The notes under the pieces: model-generated
What the model was told of the DNA's origin: nothing
Seen by the model: the letters and a program-made list of their open reading frames with translations, nothing else
The model's database searches: none
Source of the DNA: Eledone cirrhosa
Lineage: Eukaryota
Length of the DNA stretch: 64,000 nucleotides
Direction: 5' to 3'
Assembly: GCA_964016885.1 (NCBI GenBank)
Contig: OZ024744.1
Span: 19,530,001 to 19,594,000 of the forward strand
Made by a program: the position numbers and the translations under genes
Shown: one piece after another, positions 11,319-26,900 of the stretch
Layout: each line of letters opens with the position of its first letter
Position numbering within the stretch: the stretch's first letter is position 1

Positions 11319-14220
11319 TTAGAATAAAGAAATGTATAGCTTGATAGTGGGGTTTATAACCCTCGGAGAAATGGAAAAAAGATGAGTGTTGCCATACATG
11401 GGAGTCGAACCCACATATTTGGTTATCCAGACCACTGTGCTACCATTACACCAATACACGTCCCATCTCCTTCCATTCGAATTAGAAGCTATGAACTTAG
11501 CAAGTGAATGATAAACAAGCAAATTATAAACGCAAACATGTAAGTATGTGTTTGAAACGGTGCGCGAGTTTGAAATTAGAAATTAGAAATTATAACTTTC
11601 ACAGTATTTTAGACTAAAGAAATTTATAGCTTGATAGTGAGGATTATAACCCTCGGAGAAATGGAAAAAGATGAGTGTTGCCATACATGGGAGTCGAACC
11701 CACATCTTTGGCTATCCAGACCACTGTCCTACCATTAGACCAATACACATCCCATCTCCTTCCATTCGAATTAGAAGCTATGAACTTAGCAAGTGAATGA
11801 TAAACTAGCAAATTATAAACGTAAACATGTAAGTATGTTTTTGAAACGGTGCGCTCGTTTGAAATTAGAAATTAGAAATTATAAGCTGTCACCGTATGTT
11901 AGACTAAAGATATTTATAGCTTGATAGTGGGGATTATAATCCTCGGAGAAATGGAAAAAGATGAGTGTTGCCATACCTGGGAGTCAAACACACATCTTTG
12001 GTTATCCAGACCACTGTGCTACCATTACACGAATACACATCCCATCTCCTTCCATTCGAATTAGAAGCTATGAACTTAGCAAGTGAATGATAAACGAGCA
12101 AATTATAAACGTAAACATGTTAGTATCTTTTTGAAACGGTGCTCGAGTTTGAAATTAGAAATTAGAAATTATAAGCTTTCACCTTATTTTAGACTAAAGA
12201 AATGTATAGCTTGATAGTGGGGTTTATAACCCTAGGAGAAATGGAAAAAGATGAGTGTTGCCATACCTGGGAGTCGAACCCACATCTCTGGTTATCCAGA
12301 CCACTGTCCTACCATTAGACCAATACACATCCCATCTCCTTCTATTCGAATTAGAAGCTATGAACTTAGCAAGTGAATGATAAACAAGCAAATTATAAAT
12401 GTAAACATGTAAGTATGTTTTTGAAACGGTGCGCTCGTTTGAAATTAGAAATTAGAAATTATAAGCTTTCACCGGATTTTAGACTAAAGAAATGTATAGC
12501 TTGATAGTGGGGTTTATAACCCAAGGAGAAATGGAAAAAGATGAGTGTTGCCATACCTGGGAGTCGAACCTACATATATTGTTATCCAGACCATTGTGCT
12601 ACCATTACACCAATACACATCCCATCTCCTTCCATTCGAATTAGAAGCTATGAACTTAGCAAGTGAATGATAAACATACAAATTATAAACGTAAACATGT
12701 AAGCATGTATTTGAAACGGTGCGCTCGTTTGAAATTAGAAATTAGAAATTATAAGCTTTCACCGTATTTTAGAATAAAGAAATGTATAGCTTGATAGTGG
12801 GGTTTATAACCCTCGGAGAAATGGAAAAAAGATGAGTGTTGCCATACATGGGAGTCGAACCCACATATTTGATTATCCAGACCACTGTGCTACCATTACA
12901 CCAATACACGTCCCATCTCCTTCCATTCGAATTAGAAGCTATGAACTTAGCAAGTGAATGATAAACAAGCAAATTATAAACGCAAACATGTAAGTATGTG
13001 TTTGAAACGGTGCGCGAGTTTGAAATTAGAAATTAGAAATTATAACTTTCACAGTATTTTAGACTAAAGAAATTTATAGCTTGATAGTGGGGATTATAAC
13101 CCTCGGAGAAATGGAAAAAGATGAGTGTTGCCATACATGGGAGTCGAACCCACATCTTTGGCTATCCAGACCACTGTCCTACCATTAGATCAATACACAT
13201 CCCATCTCCTTCCATTCGAATTAGAAGCTATGAACTTAGCAAGTGAATGATAAACTAGCAAATTATAAACGTAAACATGTAAGTATGTTTTTGAAACGGT
13301 GCGCTCGTTTGAAATTAGAAATTAGAAATTATAAGCTGTCACCGTATGTTAGACTAAAGATATTTATAGCTTGATAGTGGGGATTATAATCCTCGGAGAA
13401 ATGGAAAAAGATGAGTGTTGCCATACCTGGGAGTCGAACACACATCTTTGGTTATCCAGACCACTGTGCTACCATTACACGAATACACATCCCATCTCCT
13501 TCCATTCGAATTAGAAGCTATGAACTTAGCAAGTGAATGATAAACGAGCAAATTATAAACGTAAACATGTTAGTATCTTTTTGAAACGGTGCTCGAGTTT
13601 GAAATTAGAAATTAGAAATTATAAGCTTTCACCTTATTTTAGACTAAAGAAATGTATAGCTTGATAGTGGGGTTTATAACCCTAGGAGAAATGGAAAAAG
13701 ATGAGTGTTGCCATACCTGGGAGTCGAACCCACATCTCTGGTTATCCAGACCACTGTCCTACCATTAGAGCAATACACATCCCATCTCCTTCCATTCGAA
13801 TTAGAAGCTATGAACTTAGCAAGTGAATGATAAACAAGCAAATTATAAACGTAAACATGTAAGTATGTTTTTGAAACGGTGCGCTCGTTTGAAATTAGAA
13901 ATTAGAAATTAGAAGCTTTCACCGGATTTTAGACTAAAGAAATGTATAGCTTGATAGTGGGGTTTATAACCCAAGGAGAAATGGAAAAAGATGAGTGTTG
14001 CCATACCTGGGAGTCGAACCCACATATTTTGTTATCCAGACCATTGTGCTACCATTACACCAATACACATCCCATCTCCTTCCATTCGAATTAGAAGCTA
14101 TGAACTTAGCAAGTGAATGATAAACAAACAAATTATAAACGTAAACATGTAAGCATGTATTTGAAACGGTGCGCTCGTTTGAAATTAGAAATTAGAAATT
14201 ATAAGCTTTCACCGTATTTT
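11319..14220. repeat. 5-monomer higher-order repeat (1450 bp)
   Basis: Ordered variants: A6 monomer, then 'ataactttcacag/ggctatcc', 'gctgtc/acacgaat', 'caccttat/cctagg', 'caccgg/ccaagg'. The A6 ORF marker recurs at 11319 and 12769 (1450 apart). Boundaries approximate. Confidence 0.85.
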
Positions 14221-17200
14221 AGAATAAAGAAATGTATAGCTTGATAGTGGGGTTTATAACCCTCGGAGAAATGGAAAAAAGATGAGGTTGCCATACATGG
14301 GAGTCGAACCCACATATTTGGTTATCCAGACCACTGTGCTACCATTACACCAATACACGTCCCATCTCCTTCCATTCGAATTAGAAGCTATGAACTTAGC
14401 AAGTGAATGATAAACAAGCAAATTATAAACGCAAACATGTAAGTATGTGTTTGAAACGGTGCGCGAGTTTGAAATTAGAAATTAGAAATTATAACTTTCA
14501 CAGTATTTTAGACTAAAGAAATTTATAGCTTGATAGTGGGGATTATAACCCTCGGAGAAATGGAAAAAGATGAGTGTTGCCATACATGGGAGTCGAACCC
14601 ACATCTTTGGCTATCCAGACCACTGTCCTACCATTAGACCAATACACATCCCATCTCCTTCCATTCGAATTAGAAGCTATGAACTTAGCAAGTGAATGAT
14701 AAACTAGCAAATTATAAACGTAAACATGTAAGTATGTTTTTGAAACGGTGCGCTCGTTTGAAATTAGAAATTAGAAATTATAAGCTGTCACCGTATGTTA
14801 GACTAAAGAAATTTATAGCTTGATAGTGGGGATTATAACCCTCGGAGAAATTGAAAAAGATGAGTGTTGCCATACATGGGAGTCGAACCCACATATATTG
14901 TTATCCAGACCACTGTCCTACCATTAGACCAATACACATCCCATCTCCTTCCATTCGAATTAGAAGCTATGAACTGGGCAAGTGAATGATAGACAAGCAA
15001 ATTATAAACGTAAACATGTAAGTATCTTTTTGAAACGGTGCACGAGTTTGAAATTATAAGCTTTCACCGTATTTTAGACTAAAGAAATGTATAGCTTGAT
15101 AGTGGGGTTTATAACCCTAGGAGAAATGGAAAAAGATGAGTGTTGCCATACCTGGGAGTCGAACCCACATCTTTGGTTATCCAGACCACTGTCCTACCAT
15201 TAGACCAATACACATCCCATCTCCTTCCATTCGAATTAGAAGCTATGAACTTAGCAAGTGAATGATAAACTAGCAAATTATAAACGTAAACATGTAAGTA
15301 TGTTTTTGAAACGGTGCGCTCGTTTGAAATTAGAAATTAGAAATTATAAGCTGTCACCGTATGTTAGACTAAAGATATTTATAGCTTGATAGTGGGGATT
15401 ATAATCCTCGGAGAAATGGAAAAAGATGAGTGTTGCCATACCTGGGAGTCAAACACACATCTTTGGTTATCCAGACCACTGTGCTACCATTACACGAATA
15501 CACATCCCATCTCCTTCCATTCGAATTAGAAGCTATGAACTTAGCAAGTGAATGATAAACGAGCAAATTATAAACGTAAACATGTTAGTATCTTTTTGAA
15601 ACGGTGCTCGAGTTTGAAATTAGAAATTAGAAATTATAAGCTTTCACCTTATTTTAGACTAAAGAAATGTATAGCTTGATAGTGGGGTTTATAACCCTAG
15701 GAGAAATGGAAAAAGATGAGTGTTGCCATACCTGGGAGTCGAACCCACATCTCTGGTTATCCAGACCACTGTCCTACCATTAGACCAATACACATCCCAT
15801 CTCCTTCTATTCGAATTAGAAGCTATGAACTTAGCAAGTGAATGATAAACAAGCAAATTATAAATGTAAACATGTAAGTATGTTTTTGAAACGGTGCGCT
15901 CGTTTGAAATTAGAAATTAGAAATTATAAGCTTTCACCGGATTTTAGACTAAAGAAATGTATAGCTTGATAGTGGGGTTTATAACCCAAGGAGAAATGGA
16001 AAAAGATGAGTGTTGCCATACCTGGGAGTCGAACCTACATATATTGTTATCCAGACCATTGTGCTACCATTACACCAATACACATCCCATCTCCTTCCAT
16101 TCGAATTAGAAGCTATGAACTTAGCAAGTGAATGATAAACATACAAATTATAAACGTAAACATGTAAGCATGTATTTGAAACGGTGCGCTCGTTTGAAAT
16201 TAGAAATTAGAAATTATAAGCTTTCACCGTATTTTAGAATAAAGAAATGTATAGCTTGATAGTGGGGTTTATAACCCTCGGAGAAATGGAAAAAAGATGA
16301 GTGTTGCCATACATGGGAGTCGAACCCACATATTTGATTATCCAGACCACTGTGCTACCATTACACCAATACACGTCCCATCTCCTTCCATTCGAATTAG
16401 AAGCTATGAACTTAGCAAGTGAATGATAAACAAGCAAATTATAAACGCAAACATGTAAGTATGTGTTTGAAACGGTGCGCGAGTTTGAAATTAGAAATTA
16501 GAAATTATAACTTTCACAGTATTTTAGACTAAAGAAATTTATAGCTTGATAGTGGGGATTATAACCCTCGGAGAAATGGAAAAAGATGAGTGTTGCCATA
16601 CATGGGAGTCGAACCCACATCTTTGGCTATCCAGACCACTGTCCTACCATTAGATCAATACACATCCCATCTCCTTCCATTCGAATTAGAAGCTATGAAC
16701 TTAGCAAGTGAATGATAAACTAGCAAATTATAAACGTAAACATGTAAGTATGTTTTTGAAACGGTGCGCTCGTTTGAAATTAGAAATTAGAAATTATAAG
16801 CTGTCACCGTATGTTAGACTAAAGATATTTATAGCTTGATAGTGGGGATTATAATCCTCGGAGAAATGGAAAAAGATGAGTGTTGCCATACCTGGGAGTC
16901 GAACACACATCTTTGGTTATCCAGACCACTGTGCTACCATTACACGAATACACATCCCATCTCCTTCCATTCGAATTAGAAGCTATGAACTTAGCAAGTG
17001 AATGATAAACGAGCAAATTATAAACGTAAACATGTTAGTATCTTTTTGAAACGGTGCTCGAGTTTGAAATTAGAAATTAGAAATTATAAGCTTTCACCTT
17101 ATTTTAGACTAAAGAAATGTATAGCTTGATAGTGGGGTTTATAACCCTAGGAGAAATGGAAAAAGATGAGTGTTGCCATACCTGGGAGTCGAACCCACAT

Positions 17201-20200
17201 CTCTGGTTATCCAGACCACTGTCCTACCATTAGAGCAATACACATCCCATCTCCTTCCATTCGAATTAGAAGCTATGAACTTAGCAAGTGAATGATAAAC
17301 AAGCAAATTATAAACGTAAACATGTAAGTATGTTTTTGAAACGGTGCGCTCGTTTGAAATTAGAAATTAGAAATTAGAAGCTTTCACCGGATTTTAGACT
17401 AAAGAAATGTATAGCTTGATAGTGGGGTTTATAACCCAAGGAGAAATAGAAAAAGATGAGTGTTGCCATACCTGGGAGTCGAACCCACATATTTTGTTAT
17501 CCAGACCATTGTGCTACCATTACACCAATACACATCCCATCTCCTTCCATTCGAATTAGAAGCTATGAACTTAGCAAGTGAATGATAAACAAACAAATTA
17601 TAAACGTAAACATGTAAGCATGTATTTGAAACGGTGCGCTCGTTTGAAATTAGAAATTAGAAATTATAAGCTTTCACCGTATTTTAGAATAAAGAAATGT
17701 ATAGCTTGATAGTGGGGTTTATAACCCTCGGAGAAATGGAAAAAAGATGAGGTTGCCATACATGGGAGTCGAACCCACATATTTGGTTATCCAGACCACT
17801 GTGCTACCATTACACCAATACACGTCCCATCTCCTTCCATTCGAATTAGAAGCTATGAACTTAGCAAGTGAATGATAAACAAGCAAATTATAAACGCAAA
17901 CATGTAAGTATGTGTTTGAAACGGTGCGCGAGTTTGAAATTAGAAATTAGAAATTATAACTTTCACAGTATTTTAGACTAAAGAAATTTATAGCTTGATA
18001 GTGGGGATTATAACCCTCGGAGAAATGGAAAAAGATGAGTGTTGCCATACATGGGAGTCGAACCCACATCTTTGGCTATCCAGACCACTGTCCTACCATT
18101 AGACCAATACACATCCCATCTCCTTCCATTCGAATTAGAAGCTATGAACTTAGCAAGTGAATGATAAACTAGCAAATTATAAACGTAAACATGTAAGTAT
18201 GTTTTTGAAACGGTGCGCTCGTTTGAAATTAGAAATTAGAAATTATAAGCTGTCACCGTATGTTAGACTAAAGAAATTTATAGCTTGATAGTGGGGATTA
18301 TAACCCTCGGAGAAATTGAAAAAGATGAGTGTTGCCATACATGGGAGTCGAACCCACATATATTGTTATCCAGACCACTGTCCTACCATTAGACCAATAC
18401 ACATCCCATCTCCTTCCATTCGAATTAGAAGCTATGAACTGGGCAAGTGAATGATAGACAAGCAAATTATAAACGTAAACATGTAAGTATCTTTTTGAAA
18501 CGGTGCACGAGTTTGAAATTATAAGCTTTCACCGTATTTTAGACTAAAGAAATGTATAGCTTGATAGTGGGGTTTATAACCCTAGGAGAAATGGAAAAAG
18601 ATGAGTGTTGCCATACCTGGGAGTCGAACCCACATCTTTGGTTATCCAGACCACTGTCCTACCATTAGACCAATACACATCCCATCTCCTTCCATTCGAA
18701 TTAGAAGCTATGAACTTAGCAAGTGAATGATAAACAAGCAAATTATAAACGTAAACATGTAAGTATGTGTTTGAAACGGTGCGCGAGTTTGAAATTAGAA
18801 ATTAGAAATTATAACTTTCACAGTATTTTAGACTAAAGAAATTTATAGCTTGATAGTGGGGATTATAACCCTCGGAGAAATGGAAAAAGATGAGTGTTGC
18901 CATACATGGGAGTCGAACCCACATCTTTGGCTATCCAGACCACTGTCCTACCATTAGACCAATACACATCCCATCTCCTTCCATTCGAATTAGAAGCTAT
19001 GAACTTAGCAAGTGAATGATAAACTAGCAAATTATAAACGTAAACATGTAAGTATGTTTTTGAAACGGTGCGCTCGTTTGAAATTAGAAATTAGAAATTA
19101 TAAGCTGTCACCGTATGTTAGACTAAAGAAATTTATAGCTTGATAGTGGGGATTATAACCCTCGGAGAAATTGAAAAAGATGAGTGTTGCCATACATGGG
19201 AGTCGAACCCACATATATTGTTATCCAGACCACTGTCCTACCATTAGACCAATACACATCCCATCTCCTTCCATTCGAATTAGAAGCTATGAACTGGGCA
19301 AGTGAATGATAGACAAGCAAATTATAAACGTAAACATGTAAGTATCTTTTTGAAACGGTGCACGAGTTTGAAATTATAAGCTTTCACCGTATTTTAGACT
19401 AAAGAAATGTATAGCTTGATAGTGGGGTTTATAACCCTAGGAGAAATGGAAAAAGATGAGTGTTGCCATACCTGGGAGTCGAACCCACATCTTTGGTTAT
19501 CCAGACCACTGTCCTACCATTAGACCAATACACATCCCATCTCCTTCCATTCGAATTAGAAGCTATGAACTTAGCAAGTGAATGATAAACTAGCAAATTA
19601 TAAACGTAAACATGTAAGTATGTTTTTGAAACGGTGCGCTCGTTTGAAATTAGAAATTAGAAATTATAAGCTGTCACCGTATGTTAGACTAAAGATATTT
19701 ATAGCTTGATAGTGGGGATTATAATCCTCGGAGAAATGGAAAAAGATGAGTGTTGCCATACCTGGGAGTCAAACACACATCTTTGGTTATCCAGACCACT
19801 GTGCTACCATTACACGAATACACATCCCATCTCCTTCCATTCGAATTAGAAGCTATGAACTTAGCAAGTGAATGATAAACGAGCAAATTATAAACGTAAA
19901 CATGTTAGTATCTTTTTGAAACGGTGCTCGAGTTTGAAATTAGAAATTAGAAATTATAAGCTTTCACCTTATTTTAGACTAAAGAAATGTATAGCTTGAT
20001 AGTGGGGTTTATAACCCTAGGAGAAATGGAAAAAGATGAGTGTTGCCATACCTGGGAGTCGAACCCACATCTCTGGTTATCCAGACCACTGTCCTACCAT
20101 TAGACCAATACACATCCCATCTCCTTCTATTCGAATTAGAAGCTATGAACTTAGCAAGTGAATGATAAACAAGCAAATTATAAATGTAAACATGTAAGTA

Positions 20201-23200
20201 TGTTTTTGAAACGGTGCGCTCGTTTGAAATTAGAAATTAGAAATTATAAGCTTTCACCGGATTTTAGACTAAAGAAATGTATAGCTTGATAGTGGGGTTT
20301 ATAACCCAAGGAGAAATGGAAAAAGATGAGTGTTGCCATACCTGGGAGTCGAACCTACATATATTGTTATCCAGACCATTGTGCTACCATTACACCAATA
20401 CACATCCCATCTCCTTCCATTCGAATTAGAAGCTATGAACTTAGCAAGTGAATGATAAACATACAAATTATAAACGTAAACATGTAAGCATGTATTTGAA
20501 ACGGTGCGCTCGTTTGAAATTAGAAATTAGAAATTATAAGCTTTCACCGTATTTTAGAATAAAGAAATGTATAGCTTGATAGTGGGGTTTATAACCCTCG
20601 GAGAAATGGAAAAAAGATGAGTGTTGCCATACATGGGAGTCGAACCCACATATTTGATTATCCAGACCACTGTGCTACCATTACACCAATACACGTCCCA
20701 TCTCCTTCCATTCGAATTAGAAGCTATGAACTTAGCAAGTGAATGATAAACAAGCAAATTATAAACGCAAACATGTAAGTATGTGTTTGAAACGGTGCGC
20801 GAGTTTGAAATTAGAAATTAGAAATTATAACTTTCACAGTATTTTAGACTAAAGAAATTTATAGCTTGATAGTGGGGATTATAACCCTCGGAGAAATGGA
20901 AAAAGATGAGTGTTGCCATACATGGGAGTCGAACCCACATCTTTGGTTATCCAGACCACTGTCCTACCATTAGATCAATACACATCCCATCTCCTTCCAT
21001 TCGAATTAGAAGCTATGAACTTAGCAAGTGAATGATAAACTAGCAAATTATAAACGTAAACATGTAAGTATGTTTTTGAAACGGTGCGCTCGTTTGAAAT
21101 TAGAAATTAGAAATTATAAGCTGTCACCGTATGTTAGACTAAAGATATTTATAGCTTGATAGTGGGGATTATAATCCTCGGAGAAATGGAAAAAGATGAG
21201 TGTTGCCATACCTGGGAGTCGAACACACATCTTTGGTTATCCAGACCACTGTGCTACCATTACACGAATACACATCCCATCTCCTTCCATTCGAATTAGA
21301 AGCTATGAACTTAGCAAGTGAATGATAAACGAGCAAATTATAAACGTAAACATGTTAGTATCTTTTTGAAACGGTGCTCGAGTTTGAAATTAGAAATTAG
21401 AAATTATAAGCTTTCACCTTATTTTAGACTAAAGAAATGTATAGCTTGATAGTGGGGTTTATAACCCTAGGAGAAATGGAAAAAGATGAGTGTTGCCATA
21501 CCTGGGAGTCGAACCCACATCTCTGGTTATCCAGACCACTGTCCTACCATTAGAGCAATACACATCCCATCTCCTTCCATTCGAATTAGAAGCTATGAAC
21601 TTAGCAAGTGAATGATAAACAAGCAAATTATAAACGTAAACATGTAAGTATGTTTTTGAAACGGTGCGCTCGTTTGAAATTAGAAATTAGAAATTAGAAG
21701 CTTTCACCGTATTTTAGACTAAAGAAATGTATAGCTTGATAGTGGGGTTTATAACCCTAGGAGAAATGGAAAAAGATGAGTGTTGCCATACCTGGGAGTC
21801 GAACCCACATCTTTGGTTATCCAGACCACTGTCCTACCATTAGACCAATACACATCCCATCTCCTTCCATTCGAATTAGAAGCTATGAACTTAGCAAGTG
21901 AATGATAAACTAGCAAATTATAAACGTAAACATGTAAGTATGTTTTTGAAACGGTGCGCTCGTTTGAAATTAGAAATTAGAAATTATAAGCTGTCACCGT
22001 ATGTTAGACTAAAGATATTTATAGCTTGATAGTGGGGATTATAATCCTCGGAGAAATGGAAAAAGATGAGTGTTGCCATACCTGGGAGTCAAACACACAT
22101 CTTTGGTTATCCAGACCACTGTGCTACCATTACACGAATACACATCCCATCTCCTTCCATTCGAATTAGAAGCTATGAACTTAGCAAGTGAATGATAAAC
22201 GAGCAAATTATAAACGTAAACATGTTAGTATCTTTTTGAAACGGTGCTCGAGTTTGAAATTAGAAATTAGAAATTATAAGCTTTCACCTTATTTTAGACT
22301 AAAGAAATGTATAGCTTGATAGTGGGGTTTATAACCCTAGGAGAAATGGAAAAAGATGAGTGTTGCCATACCTGGGAGTCGAACCCACATCTCTGGTTAT
22401 CCAGACCACTGTCCTACCATTAGACCAATACACATCCCATCTCCTTCTATTCGAATTAGAAGCTATGAACTTAGCAAGTGAATGATAAACAAGCAAATTA
22501 TAAATGTAAACATGTAAGTATGTTTTTGAAACGGTGCGCTCGTTTGAAATTAGAAATTAGAAATTATAAGCTTTCACCGGATTTTAGACTAAAGAAATGT
22601 ATAGCTTGATAGTGGGGTTTATAACCCAAGGAGAAATGGAAAAAGATGAGTGTTGCCATACCTGGGAGTCGAACCTACATATATTGTTATCCAGACCATT
22701 GTGCTACCATTACACCAATACACATCCCATCTCCTTCCATTCGAATTAGAAGCTATGAACTTAGCAAGTGAATGATAAACATACAAATTATAAACGTAAA
22801 CATGTAAGCATGTATTTGAAACGGTGCGCTCGTTTGAAATTAGAAATTAGAAATTATAAGCTTTCACCGTATTTTAGAATAAAGAAATGTATAGCTTGAT
22901 AGTGGGGTTTATAACCCTCGGAGAAATGGAAAAAAGATGAGTGTTGCCATACATGGGAGTCGAACCCACATATTTGATTATCCAGACCACTGTGCTACCA
23001 TTACACCAATACACGTCCCATCTCCTTCCATTCGAATTAGAAGCTATGAACTTAGCAAGTGAATGATAAACAAGCAAATTATAAACGCAAACATGTAAGT
23101 ATGTGTTTGAAACGGTGCGCGAGTTTGAAATTAGAAATTAGAAATTATAACTTTCACAGTATTTTAGACTAAAGAAATTTATAGCTTGATAGTGGGGATT

Positions 23201-23990
23201 ATAACCCTCGGAGAAATGGAAAAAGATGAGTGTTGCCATACATGGGAGTCGAACCCACATCTTTGGTTATCCAGACCACTGTCCTACCATTAGATCAATA
23301 CACATCCCATCTCCTTCCATTCGAATTAGAAGCTATGAACTTAGCAAGTGAATGATAAACTAGCAAATTATAAACGTAAACATGTAAGTATGTTTTTGAA
23401 ACGGTGCGCTCGTTTGAAATTAGAAATTAGAAATTATAAGCTGTCACCGTATGTTAGACTAAAGATATTTATAGCTTGATAGTGGGGATTATAATCCTCG
23501 GAGAAATGGAAAAAGATGAGTGTTGCCATACCTGGGAGTCGAACACACATCTTTGGTTATCCAGACCACTGTGCTACCATTACACGAATACACATCCCAT
23601 CTCCTTCCATTCGAATTAGAAGCTATGAACTTAGCAAGTGAATGATAAACGAGCAAATTATAAACGTAAACATGTTAGTATCTTTTTGAAACGGTGCTCG
23701 AGTTTGAAATTAGAAATTAGAAATTATAAGCTTTCACCTTATTTTAGACTAAAGAAATGTATAGCTTGATAGTGGGGTTTATAACCCTAGGAGAAATGGA
23801 AAAAGATGAGTGTTGCCATACCTGGGAGTCGAACCCACATCTCTGGTTATCCAGACCACTGTCCTACCATTAGAGCAATACACATCCCATCTCCTTCCAT
23901 TCGAATTAGAAGCTATGAACTTAGCAAGTGAATGATAAACAAGCAAATTATAAACGTAAACATGTAAGTATGTTTTTGAAACGGTGCGCT
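11810..23990. repeat. Nested recent block duplications (offsets 3465, 4320 and 2320 bp)
   Basis: The rare B-box variant 'gtcaaacac' occurs at 11986, 15451, 19771 and 22091. The 'gattatcc' (VWIIK) ORF marker shows the same offsets (12769, 16234, 20554, 22874). Boundaries approximate. Confidence 0.85.
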
Positions 23991-26900
23991 CGTTTGAAAT
24001 TAGAAATTAGAAATTAGAAGCTTTCACCGGATTTTAGACTAAAGAAATGTATAGCTTGATAGTGGGGTTTATAACCCAAGGAGAAATAGAAAAAGATGAG
24101 TGTTGCCATACCTGGGAGTCGAACCCACATATTTTGTTATCCAGACCATTGTGCTACCATTACACCAATACACATCCCATCTCCTTCCATTCGAATTAGA
24201 AGCTATGAACTTAGCAAGTGAATGATAAACAAACAAATTATAAACGTAAACATGTAAGCATGTATTTGAAACGGTGCGCTCGTTTGAAATTAGAAATTAG
24301 AAATTATAAGCTTTCACCGTATTTTAGAATAAAGAAATGTATAGCTTGATAGTGGGGTTTATAACCCTCGGAGAAATGGAAAAAAGATGAGGTTGCCATA
24401 CATGGGAGTCGAACCCACATATTTGGTTATCCAGACCACTGTGCTACCATTACACCAATACACGTCCCATCTCCTTCCATTCGAATTAGAAGCTATGAAC
24501 TTAGCAAGTGAATGATAAACAAGCAAATTATAAACGCAAACATGTAAGTATGTGTTTGAAACGGTGCGCGAGTTTGAAATTAGAAATTAGAAATTATAAC
24601 TTTCACAGTATTTTAGACTAAAGAAATTTATAGCTTGATAGTGGGGATTATAACCCTCGGAGAAATGGAAAAAGATGAGTGTTGCCATACATGGGAGTCG
24701 AACCCACATCTTTGGCTATCCAGACCACTGTCCTACCATTAGACCAATACACATCCCATCTCCTTCCATTCGAATTAGAAGCTATGAACTTAGCAAGTGA
24801 ATGATAAACTAGCAAATTATAAACGTAAACATGTAAGTATGTTTTTGAAACGGTGCGCTCGTTTGAAATTAGAAATTAGAAATTATAAGCTGTCACCGTA
24901 TGTTAGACTAAAGAAATTTATAGCTTGATAGTGGGGATTATAACCCTCGGAGAAATTGAAAAAGATGAGTGTTGCCATACATGGGAGTCGAACCCACATA
25001 TATTGTTATCCAGACCACTGTCCTACCATTAGACCAATACACATCCCATCTCCTTCCATTCGAATTAGAAGCTATGAACTGGGCAAGTGAATGATAGACA
25101 AGCAAATTATAAACGTAAACATGTAAGTATCTTTTTGAAACGGTGCACGAGTTTGAAATTATAAGCTTTCACCGTATTTTAGACTAAAGAAATGTATAGC
25201 TTGATAGTGGGGTTTATAACCCTAGGAGAAATGGAAAAAGATGAGTGTTGCCATACCTGGGAGTCGAACCCACATCTTTGGTTATCCAGACCACTGTCCT
25301 ACCATTAGACCAATACACATCCCATCTCCTTCCATTCGAATTAGAAGCTATGAACTTAGCAAGTGAATGATAAACAAGCAAATTATAAACGTAAACATGT
25401 AAGTATGTTTTTGAAACGGTGCGCTCGTTTGAAATTAGAAATTAGAAATTATAAGCTTTCACCGTATGTTAGACTAAAGATATTTATAGCTTGATAGTTG
25501 GGTTTATAACCCTCGGAGAAATGGAAAAAGATGAGTGTTGCCATACATGGGAGTCGAACCCACATATTTGGTTATCCAGACCACTGTGCTACCATTACAC
25601 TAATACACATCCCATCTCCTTCCATTCGAATTAGAAGCTATGAACTTAGCAAGTGAATGATAAACAAGCTAATTATAAACGTAAACATGTAAGTATGTGT
25701 TTGAAACGGTGCGCGAGTTTGAAATTAGAAATTAGAAATTATAAGCTTTCACCGTATTTTAGACTAAAGAAATTTATAGCTTGATAGTGGGGATTATAAC
25801 CCTCGGAGAAATGGAAAAAGATGAGTGTTGCCATACATGGGAGTCGAACCCACATCTTTGGTTATCCAGACCACTGTCCTACCATTAGACCAATACATAT
25901 CCCATCTCCTTCCATTCGAATTAGAAGCTATGAACTTAGCAAGTGAATGATAAACAAGTAAATTATAAACGTAAACATGTGAGTATGTTTTTGAAACGGT
26001 GCGCTCGTTTGAAATTAGAAATTAGAAATTATAAGCTTTCACCGTATGTTAGACTAAAGATATTTATAGCTTGATAGTGGGGATTATAATCCTCGGAGAA
26101 ATGGAAAAAGATGAGTGTTGCCATACCTGGGAGTCGAACCCACATCTCTGGTTATCCAGACCACTGTCCTACCATTAGACCAATACACATTCCATCTCCT
26201 TCCATTCGAATTAGAAGCTATGAACTTAGCAAGTGAATGATAAACATGCAAATTATAAACGTAAACATGTAAATATGTTTTTGAAACGGTGCGCGAGTTT
26301 GAAATTAGAAATTAGAAATTATAAGCTTTCACCGTATTTTAGACTAAAGAAATTTATAGCTTGATAGTGGGGATTATAACCCTCGCAGAAATGGAAAAAG
26401 ATGAGTGTTGCCATACATGGGAGTCGAACCCACATCTTTGGTTATCCAGACCACTGTCCTACCATTAGACCAATACACATCCCATCTCCTTCCATTCGAA
26501 TTAGAAGCTATGAACTTAGCAAGTGAATGATAAACAAGCAAATTATAAACGTAAACATGTAAGTATGTATTTGAAACGGTGCGCTCGTTTGAAATTAGAA
26601 ATTATAAATTATAAGCTTTCACCGTATTTTAGAATAAAGAAATTTATAGCTTGATAGTGGGGTTTATAACCCTCGGAGAAATGGAAAAAAGATGAGTGTT
26701 GCCATACATGGGAGTTGAACCCACATATTTGATTATCCAGACCACTGTGCTACCATTACACCAATACACGTCCCATCTCCTTCCATTCGAATTAGAAGCT
26801 ATGAACTTAGCAAGTGAATGATAAACAAGCAAATTATAAACGCAAACATGTAAGTATGTGTTTGAAACGGTGCGCGAGTTTGAAATTAGAAATTAGAAAT